NCBI RefSeq assembly: GCF_009914755.1
Contig: NC_060932.1
Source: the human T2T-CHM13v2.0 reference genome, Homo sapiens
Length of the DNA: 64,000 nt
Reading direction: 5' to 3' (one strand)
The translations under genes were made by a program, and so were the position numbers. The notes under the pieces are model-generated. The model saw only the letters and a program-made list of their open reading frames with translations, ran no database searches and had not been told where the DNA came from. Below are positions 54,191 through 64,000 of the stretch, piece after piece (the first letter of the stretch is position 1; every line of letters starts with the position of its first letter).

Positions 54191-56174
54191 TCATCAACAA
54201 AGTACTAACTAAATACAACTGCACATCAAAAAGATAATTCAACATGATCAAGTGGGTTTAATTCCAAGGATGCAGGGATAGTTTAACATATATGCAAGTC
54301 ATATGTTATTCATATGTTAGGCATATGTGATTTACCACATAAACAGAATTAAAAACAAAAATCTTAAGATCATCTCAATAGATGCAGAAAAATCATTTGA
54401 TAAAATCCAGCATACCTTTGTGATAAAACCCTCAATAAACTAGGCATAAAATGAACATACCTCAAAATAATAACAGCCATATTTGATAAACCCACAGCCA
54501 ACATTATACTTAATGGGGAAAAGTTGAAAGCATTCCCCCTAAAAATTGGAACAAGACAAGGATGTCCACTTTCACCATTTAGATTCGACATAGTACTGGA
54601 AGTCCTAGCTAGAGCAATCAGGCAAAAGAAAGAAATAAAGGGCATCCAAATAAATAGGAAAAGAGAAAGTCAAACTGTCTCTGTTTGCCAGTGATATGAT
54701 TATGTACCTAGAAAACCCTAAAGACTCCTCCAAAAGACTCCTACATTTGATAAATGAATTCAGTAAAGCCTCTGGTTACAAAATCGATGTACACAAATTG
54801 GTAGCACTGCTATACACAAACAGTGACCAAGCTGAGAATCAAATCAAGTACAATGGCTACAAAAAAATACATACATACATACATAAGATATCTAGGAATA
54901 TACTTAATCAAGGAGGTGAAATATCTCTACAAGAACTACAAAACACTACTGAAATAAAACATAGATGACACAAATGGAAAAATATCCCATGCTTGTTGAT
55001 TGGATGAATCAATATTGTGAAAATGACCATATTGCCCAAAGTGATCTGTAGATTCAGTGCAATTCCTATCAAAATACCAACGTGATTTTTCACAAAATTA
55101 GAAAAAAGCAGTCTTAAAGTTCATATGGAACCAAAAAAAGGGCCTAAATAGCCAAAGCAATCTAAGTAAAAAGAAGAAATCTAGAGGCATCACATCACCC
55201 TACTTCAAGTTATATTATAAGACTATAGTAACCAAAACAGCATGGTATTGGTATAAAAGTAGATACAGAGACCAACTGCACAGAATACAGAAAGCAGAAA
55301 TAAAGTCAAATACTTAGAACCAACTGATTTTCGACAAAGCATACAAAAACATAAATTGGGGAGGGGACACCCTATCTAATAAATGGTCCTGGGAAAACTG
55401 GATAGCCGCATGCAGAAGAATAAATCTAGATCCCTACCTTTCACCGTATACAAAAATCAACTCAAGATGGATTAAAGACTTAAATCTAAGACCTGAAACT
55501 ATAAAAATTCTAAAATAAAACCTAGGAAAAACTCGTCTGTATTTTGGCCTAGGCAAAGAATTTAAACTAAAAAGCTCTACACAGCAGAAGAAATAAACAG
55601 ACAACCCATAGTATGGGAGAAAATATTTGCAAACTATGCATCCAACAAAGGACTAATTTCCAGAATCTTCAAGGAATTCAAATGAATCAGCAAGAAAAAA
55701 ATAAATAATTCCATCAAAAAGTGGGCAAATGACAGGGATAGACACTTCTCAAAAGAACATATACAAATGGCCAACAAACATATGCAAAAATGCTCAATAT
55801 CACTAATCATCAGGGAAGTATTAATTAACACCACACTGAGATACCACATCACCCCCTACAGAATGACCATTATTAAAAAGTCAGAAAACAATAGATGTTG
55901 GCATGGATGTGTTGAAAAGGGAACACTTAAGTACTGCTGGTGGGAATTTAAATTAGTACAACCTTTACGGAAAACAGTTTGGAGATTTCTCAAGGAACTA
56001 AAAGTAGATCTAACCTTTCGATCCAGCAATCCCACTACTGGGTATCTACCCAAAGAAAAAGAAGTCGTTATATCAAAAAGGCACTTGCACACATATGTTT
56101 ATTATAGCACAATTCACAACTGCAAAGATTTGGAAGCAACCTAACTGCCCATCCAATGATGAGTAGATAAAGAT

Positions 56175-56177
<3 letters not shown>

Positions 56178-56212
<35 letters not shown>
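56178..56212. repeat. (CA)n microsatellite
   Basis: Seen directly. Confidence 0.95.
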
Positions 56213-56921
56213 ATGGGATACTACTCAGCCATTAAAAAAAAAAAAATGAAATAATGTCTTTTGTAGCAACTTGGATGGAACTGGAGTTATTATTATACAT
56301 GAAGTAACTGAGGAATGGGAAACCAAAAACCATATCTTCTCACTTATAAGTGGGAGCTAAGTTATGGGTATGGAAATGCATATGAAGCGGTATAATGGAC
56401 ACTGGACAGAAGAGGGGAGGGTGGGAGGGGGTGAGGGATAAAAACCTACAGATTGGGTATAAGGTACGTACCTGGTGATGAATGCACTAAAATCTCAGAC
56501 TTCACCGCTACATAATTCATCCATGTAACCAAAAAGTACTTGGACACCAAACATTAAAATTTAAAACAATTCAAGAAAAAAAGAGAGAACTTGGTCACTA
56601 CACCCATGAGACTGTGGCAGAAACCAGAAATATGAAACAGAACTCTACCAAACCCATCCCACATTGTTTTATTGAAACTATTGTTAATAGTAATTTGTAA
56701 AATAAAAAATCCAGGACAAATGATGAATTAGATATTTGAAATGTTATTTGAAATGTTGAGACAACAGACATAATCCATGAAAGACTCAGGAAATTAAAGG
56801 ATTAGTACTCAAGTTCCATTACCCCTAGTCAAAACAAGCGTGTGTGTGTTTGTGTATATACGTTTTTTACATTTTATATTTAAGCCTCTAACAATTAATG
56901 GACTGCCGTGTTCCAATTTTG

Positions 56922-57115
56922 AGGCAGTATGTATGAGTGAAAGAGTACTGCAGTAGGAGAAAGGTTATCTGATGCTAGTTCCAACTATTTACAAGCTGTA
57001 TGACTTGGGACAACTTCCTAAATCTTTCTGAGCTTCAGTGTTCTTACAAAGAAACATATTTAAAAAAAGACTCATAATATGTGTGAAATATGCATGAAAA
57101 AAGACAATGTGTTTA
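56922..57115 (+). mobile_element. MIR SINE
   Basis: gaggcagtat...gtgaaagagtactg...agctgtatgacttgggacaacttcctaaatctttctgagcttcagt. Confidence 0.65.
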
Positions 57116-59069
57116 AAGGAGGCTTTCACCTTCAGGGAAGCTTTGATGGAGCAGAAGAGATCTTGCTTTTCCAGCTCAACATGTATTCCCAGTCTCATCT
57201 CCCATCACCAACTCTGTGCATTTCCTATCCTTCGATAAAGGACACGTATTTGTCTTCAAACATCATCTACTCTTTCACAAATTCAGGATGAAACACAGCT
57301 TCTCTTCTAGGTTGGGATGCCTTTATTCCCTATTGTTCACTGGAGGGAAGAGAATATTTCTCTCCTGTTCCTTATGGGTAGAAAGAACCTCCAACTCAAT
57401 CTTTTCCAGCTATTACAGGACTTAATCTAATTGGACAATATTGGAGATGTTTACTAGGCTGTGTTCACTAGGAGGCATAATCATTGAAGACAGGCCTACT
57501 CATGCATTCTCTCTCTCACAATTTCTACATAAATGTGGTAAGCAGACCTTGGCAGGCCCTAGTATCTCAGGGCAGACGGCTGCCTTCTTTCCTCCCTCTT
57601 CCAGCTTTCATGTGGTTAGGTAGATAATTAAACCCAAGAGTCCACTTGAATATGATCAGTCTCTCATTCTCCACAAATAACCAAAGCATGCCAAGAATCA
57701 AATCTGGTGGTAAGGGCAGTGAGGATGGAGAAGAGGGCAGAATGAGAAGCACTGGCATTGCTTTGAGCCTTAGTTTCATGCTCTAACTCAACCTTTAGGA
57801 GCAAGCTCCATGTTAAGGTATTGCACACTGGGTAGCTCTTAACAAAACAGTTATATTCTTGTTCCTTGTATGTTCCTCTCTCAGAGATGCAAAGGAAACT
57901 ACTGGGATGATTGACAGAGTGGGATGATTGACAGGGTGGGATTCAGTCTCTCCTGGGCCCTGTGTCTATAACACCATCACCCTTTACCTCCAGTGTGACC
58001 CTTCCAGCCTGCACTCAAATGCCAATCCAATGAACCCTCACTCAACCCCTATTCAGAATTCCCTGCTCCCAGCTAGCCTCCCACAGCACTTTGCTCACAC
58101 CTCCAGTACAGCCTACATTTTATTCCCCAATGTTCCACTGATTTGTGCATGTCTGCCTCCCCTTTCATACTTGAAATTCTCCAAAACATTTCTATTCCAT
58201 ATACATCCTCCTCAGCTCCCACAGCTATGTCTGGGAAACAATAAGTCCTCAATAATTGTGTTGAAGGAGTATTAATTTAACATTACTTAAATGTTATCTG
58301 CATTTATTCTCCACAGGGGAATTCATATCTGCCATCTTCATAGTTTATCTCTTGAGAGAAAGCTGAAAGAAAAGGCCCCTGAAAGCCTCTCAGAATTACT
58401 GAGCTAACTTAGAAACCCCTGAAATCACTGTAGCATTTCTTTTCCATTTTCCCTGAGAAACTTTCTTAACTTCTTCTGTGGGCTTTATTCAGGCTTTTAA
58501 AGTTTATGTGCTTCTACTAGTGCCAAATATCTTTCTAGAAGTTTCATAATATCAAATTCCCCTGCCTGGTAAACAGTCTTCAAAGCATTTGTAGTTGCAG
58601 TTCCCATTGAGCTGAGTGGCCAAAAGTTCGTGTGTTAACTCTAGCTTGCCTGGGACCTGTGGCTGACTAAGCACATTAATTTGGGGCCTCTGCTTTCCCC
58701 CTACCTGCTGCAGTTTGAGGTTTTTTCGCTTATTGTCAAGGAACAGCTACCTGCTCAGACCGGTGTCAGCACTGTTTCCAAGACTTTACATGCAATAAAA
58801 CACAGCCACCCTCTGAAGTAAGAGCTGTTAACTATCCACATATGGCTGACAGGGAAACTGATGCCTTGACTTTTTTCACGGCTCCTCCAAGGCCACACAG
58901 CTGCAAATGGCAGGAGGAGGTTCCAATTATAAAGCCCCACTGCGTCTCAATCAGGAGAACACGGACTCTAGGGTCAAACAAAATGGGTCCTGTCTGCGTA
59001 ACCTTTATAATCATGAATGTTGCAAACTCAGGCATGCAAGAAATGTAACCTTAATATTTTTATCACTTT

Positions 59070-59290
59070 AACTTTTAATGGGAGCATAATTTATATTCAA
59101 TTAAATACTCAGATCTTAAGTGTACAGTTTGATAAGTTTTGATCAATACTGGCACCCATGTAATGTACACCCCCCTCAAGATATAGAACATATTTATCAT
59201 GCCCAGAAAGTTACTTGAACCCCATCCCAGCCAGTTCCCACCCCTCCAGGAAATTATTTTGTTTTCTGTCATCAGAGGTTAATTAATTTG
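59070..59290 (-). mobile_element. L1MB/ME-type 3' terminus
   Basis: cagatcttaagtgtacagtttgataagttttga...cacccatgtaa...tcaagatatagaacatatttatcatgcccagaaagtt. Confidence 0.75.
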
Positions 59291-60650
59291 TTATTTTTAA
59301 CTTGACCTAATTTCTTCAAACTCCCATTCCATGTAGTATCAGAAACTTCATCTCAGCCCATCATCAGGGCTCTTCCCACTCTGTTTACCTGGGGTTCTCT
59401 ATAACATTTAGATCAGGTTGGGATACATGGCTCGCATTTTGTGAGATGGTGGGAGGTGTTCTCAGTTGCTGCCTATACATCTGATCTCTGCAGAACGATC
59501 CCTGCCCTGCCTGGTTCTTAGCTACTGGCCCACGAAGGATGCTGCTCTATTTCCTTATCTCCAGCATCAAGGCCTCTTGAGCCTGGACCCTTTCTCAGCT
59601 ACACCCATGCCTCTTTGAGTACAAAAGACCATTTGCAGCCCTACGGCCACAGTTCTACCCCACACCACTGAGTGGAGGATACCCTGAGGCCCTCGAAGTC
59701 CCTCTCTTCCTAGACCCACCACAAAGCCACACCTTCTCTGACATATTGTCACCTCTCCAGGCACAACTGGGAAAAGTCACCTCTTTCCTTGGATCTCACA
59801 AAGCAAAGAGGGTTTATCCACCATCCTTCTTGCTTGGTCTATGCAGAGTAGAGCAGTATAGAGCAAAAGGCTCCTTTTTTCCAACGGAGCCCCAATGCTT
59901 ACTCTCTTCTTCCCTTTAATATCCTCCCTAACTAACTCCTGAGAAATCTTTTGGAGTCTCAAGATTAGACACATCAGACATCTCAGTGTATTTTTGCTGT
60001 TCCTCCAGAATCACCCCTTCTCTGAGGTAAGAGATAGGCAAGGTGTCCCTGTAGCAAGGAGGAAGAATTTCAGTGTAGCAGAAAATCCAAAGGAAAGAAC
60101 CACATAAGTTAACAGATTGAAATATCATCCCAGTGCAGAGAAAAAGAGTGGTGTAATAAGAACATATGGCTGTTGCATTAGTGAGCTGATTCCTGCAAAA
60201 CATTGATGTAGTTAGCACTTAACATATTGGCATTATTATTATATCTAGATATGGAGAGTGTTATCAGGTTGAACTTGAACCAAAAATCTTTACTTTTTGC
60301 TATCTGGGTGTTGTCTACAGGTGGGACTGCCATGAGCTGACAATGGCACCTGGAAGGATAGTATGAAACACTGGACTGACAGGAAGTTTGGAAAGCCCTG
60401 AGTAGCTGAGATGGAGGAAGTGAGTGAAGGTAGTGGCAAAGAAATGTGAAGTATGGCTTGGGTCATTGCCGACAGTTGCAGTTACAGCCAGTGAAAATAG
60501 AGGAACATACAAGCATACAAGTTAAGCAGGCAAGCGTTAGTTATATACCTAGTTCCCTGGACCCAGAGTTGCACCAGAATCTTTTTGAAAACTGAGCAGC
60601 TAATGTATTTCCAACTTCATGGTCATATCTCTCCATGCCGTATAATATGC

Positions 60651-61043
60651 TATTAAATTAAGTTTAGCCCAAAGCTACCTCTTTACATATTTTAAGTTTG
60701 GCCTAAAGATTTCTCTGTACCTAGTGAACTGTAGCCTAACTGGATGTGTAAACAGACTGTAACCTACTTTTGTACCAGTCATTGAGTTTTGGCCAATCAA
60801 CGGCAGCCAACTCTTCAAACCAGGTTCAAATAAAATAAACATTCAGCTGTAACCAATCTGGCTGTTTCTGTACCTTATTTCTATTTTCTGTATGCCATTT
60901 TCCTTTTTCTGCCCATATATCTTCAATCACACAGTAGCACTGGAACCTCTCTGAACCTATTCTGGTTTGGGGGCTGCCTGATTCACAAATCATTCTTTGC
61001 TCAGTTAAACTCTGTTAAATTTAGTGTGTCTAAGGTTTTAACA
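60651..61043 (+). mobile_element. MER57-like ERV1 solo LTR
   Basis: t(a)ttaaattaagtttagcccaaagctacctc...ggccaatca...gtaaccaatc...ttttaaca; 4-bp TSD atgc (60647-60650, 61044-61047). Confidence 0.88.
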
Positions 61044-62650
61044 ATGCTATGGTGGAAGAACCCAAGCCAGGCAGCTCTGGGTGTGAGCTCAGCAGCCCAG
61101 CATGGTTGATTAGCTCTAGAGTCAGACTCCCTGGCTCTGCCACAGAAGAGTTATATAACCTGGGCAATTTACTTAGCTGCTCTTTCCCTCCAATTCTTAC
61201 TCAACAAAATGGGGAAAATGGTTAGGGGTACAAAGAAGATGCCTTTCTCTTCATCTCTGGTTTCCAAGAAAGAGATTGTCCCTAAACACTCCTGGCTACT
61301 TGGCCCCATCATCTCCCCCAGTCAGAGATGGATTGAGTTACCTCGTTGGTGAATGGCAGCTGTTGATACACATTTCTTGTATGTGGGTGGAGCTTATTTA
61401 TCAAAGTCCAAAGCACAGAAGTTTCTCTCTTTGGACCCTACCTCACCTGGATAAGTGAAAGGGCATCATCATGCATATGTCTGCTCTGTAGACCTCAATA
61501 TCCATTGAATGGGCTTTTCCAAGGTCAAATTTGCATACAAGAGCATTAGAAAGTACAACATTACCACTTGTCTAAGCCTTGTTCTCTAATTCGGTTTTCA
61601 TCAATATCTTAGCTGATCCATTTACTTCTGTCTGCCTCTCTGCTTTATATACTCATTGGTCCCCTCAAACTCCAGCAATAATGATGCCTCCCATATACAA
61701 TCTTGGGGATGATGACTGAGATAATAAAGGTGTAAAGTGTCTGGAACATATTACATGCTCAATAAATGTTTGCTATTGCAATTATTAATGGATACTTCAC
61801 TTCTACAAGTCACATAAACTCCTATTCTCTAAGCTTTCTTGTTTTAAAAAGTCATTAATAATTGTATGGCTTAAGTAAGAAAATGCATATAGGTTACTTG
61901 GCACGTGGGTTGGCACTCAATAAACAGTGCCTCTCCCCAATTCCAGTTGAAATGTGTTAGAAGAGCATTTTGACTCTGTTCCATGGCACACCAACAAACA
62001 ATAAAATAATGTTTTACAAATCCTACTACTAAAGAATGGGTTTCCCAAATTGTATATAACATATGTTCCCATGCAAGATCATTGATGTGCTATATAACGC
62101 TCCCTTAAGGCCCTTACCAAATGTTCTCTCCTCCAAAAAGATTTTTGCAGATTACCCAAAGTCCTATAGAACCTGTCTGCTCCTATCTTACCCCATATAT
62201 AAGAGAGATTTGTTTGAATATTTACCCCAGAAATGGCATGAGATTTGAAGACAGATGATCCAGCCTTCCAAACTGGACCTGTCACTTACAGAATATGTCA
62301 TTTAATGCCTCAGTTGGTTTATATATAAAATGGGTGTTGATAATGAGATGCATCTGATAGCATTGCACTGAGAAGTAAGCAAGAGAATACTCATGAAAGT
62401 GCTTCAAAAACAGGAATGCACTATAAAAAGGTCTCTGCATGTAAGAATATTATGGTAAGCGTTAATGAGAAGTACCACCTTGTTTGTAGGCACACTAGTT
62501 AAAAAGAACACAAATCTCAAGGGAATTGATGTCATCTGTGTCTGTTGTGAAATACACAATGAACTGTCTTCTGACGGAGTCAATTTACAAAACATCAGAA
62601 GTTTTAAGTGCTTCCATTTATGGATTTTGTGGCTCTTGGGATATTGTTGC

Positions 62651-62695
<45 letters not shown>

Positions 62696-62718
62696 CATTA
62701 TCATCATCATCATCATCA
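62651..62718. repeat. (TAT)n(CAT)n compound trinucleotide repeat
   Basis: Seen directly; explains the poly-Y/H/I pseudo-ORFs. Confidence 0.96.
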
Positions 62719-64000
62719 ACTCCTACCAGACTCACATATTATGCTAGAGCAGAGGGAAGGTAGACACTCTTTAGAACATAAACTGACAGAAGCTGCTTTT
62801 TTCCTCCAAGGTAGTGGCATAATTCAAGGGAATATAAGGCACAATTATTTATGAATCATCTTGATGTGTCCTTTTGTAGGAGAAAAGTGAGGCCCCTGGG
62901 CTGAGCCCAGATGAGAAAGGGGAGGCAAAGAGAGAGAGGACTTGCTCAAAATCCTAAGGGGAAATAAATTTTGAATTACAAAGGGGCAAAAGCAGAGAAA
63001 AAGAGTTTGGAGCCTCATAAATTAAGAAATGGAGGGAAATGAATGGCATTTGGGAGAGAGGAGAAAGAGACAAAGAAAAGTGGAGAGTGTGATAGAATGA
63101 GAGACCCAAACGACATGGCAGGGAGGGGTGGAATCTACCTTTTGGATTGGAAGACAGTGATTCCCATCACTCCTGTGCAAAAACGAAGTGAGAGGGGAGC
63201 ATAGATTTGGAATCCCCCAAACACTCCCAACTCCAGGATCTCAGAAATCTTGTGGAAGGGACATACTACATGGGGACTCAGATAATTGTATTTAAATCTT
63301 AAAAATATTCCCAGAAGATAACATAAGCCCCTGGGAGGTGGATTCCTGAGCTACACTGTATTGATTTCCGTTACTTTTCAAACATGAAATAGGAAGCACA
63401 GAAATCACCAGATGCAACCACCTCAATCTGGCAATGAAGAAATGGAGGAAGACCCAGAGGCACTGGGCAACCTGGTTTCCAGGGCAACCTGGCAACCAAT
63501 TCATTACTGCTGGCTTACTGAACCAGGTACATTTGATAAGGAACAGTAACAAGGTTTTCTTTCTTTGTGTTTTGTTGTTTTTACTGTTTTGGCACTACCT
63601 CAATCTGTTCTGTTGCATCTCCCTGGTCTTCCCCTTAACAGCATCTCAAGCAGATACTAAAGATGTTTAGCCATTTTCACCTATAAGAACAGTTCCATGT
63701 TCAGGTATCAGAAAATATAATCTTGCTATATCAACCCTTTCATCTCAGTGTCCTTTGGAAGCTCCCCCTCTCCTATTTCTCAGCTCTGGAACCAGCGGGG
63801 AGCAGGGGTGGGGGGCATGACTGGTTCCACCTCCTTCCTTGCTCCATATCTCCCTCCACTACACCTGCTCCTTTGGACTCCTCCAGTGTCCAGACAAGAG
63901 AAGAGTGAAAGATAAGAGAAAATATACAAAAGGTGTTTTTACTTAGCTTAAGTATTTGAAGCCCTCTCTGGACTATCAAATGCCTTGTGATGGCAGGCAT

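Noticed and set aside
62948-62966. aaatcctaaggggaaat resembling the 17.1/20.5 kb duplicated block
   Set aside because: The similarity does not extend beyond ~17 nt.

Overview
This is great-ape/human-type eukaryotic genomic DNA: AT-rich, CpG-poor and dominated by interspersed repeats (nine Alus spanning AluJ/S/Y, L1 from L1PA2-like to L1ME, L2, L3, MIR, MaLR/ERV1/ERVL LTRs, MER5/hAT, Hsmar1 and MADE1). I see no intact host protein-coding gene. Every ORF I can recognise is transposon-derived (L1 ORF1/ORF2, Hsmar1 transposase, Alu pseudo-ORFs), so the window is intergenic or intronic, and I cannot name the locus. I found no convincing new biological system, but several unusual mutational fossils are directly visible. 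(1) A tandem U6(1-21)+U6(1-~50) snRNA fragment is fused to a 4.4-kb L1PB inside one 14-bp TSD (52087-56594). (2) An L1PA2-like insertion carries a ~170-bp 3' transduction with two poly(A) tails and a 15-bp TSD (23380-25322). (3) A ~125-bp local inverted duplication replaces L1 sequence (43968-44401). (4) A 135-bp direct duplication ends in a fold-back junction to a tail-less AluY (15923-17721). (5) Older degenerate local paralogy lies at 17-21 kb. (6) There is a near-full-length Hsmar1 plus a MADE1, and a probable hAT-Blackjack fossil. Repeat subfamily names are from memory of consensus sequences, and boundaries of old repeats are approximate.
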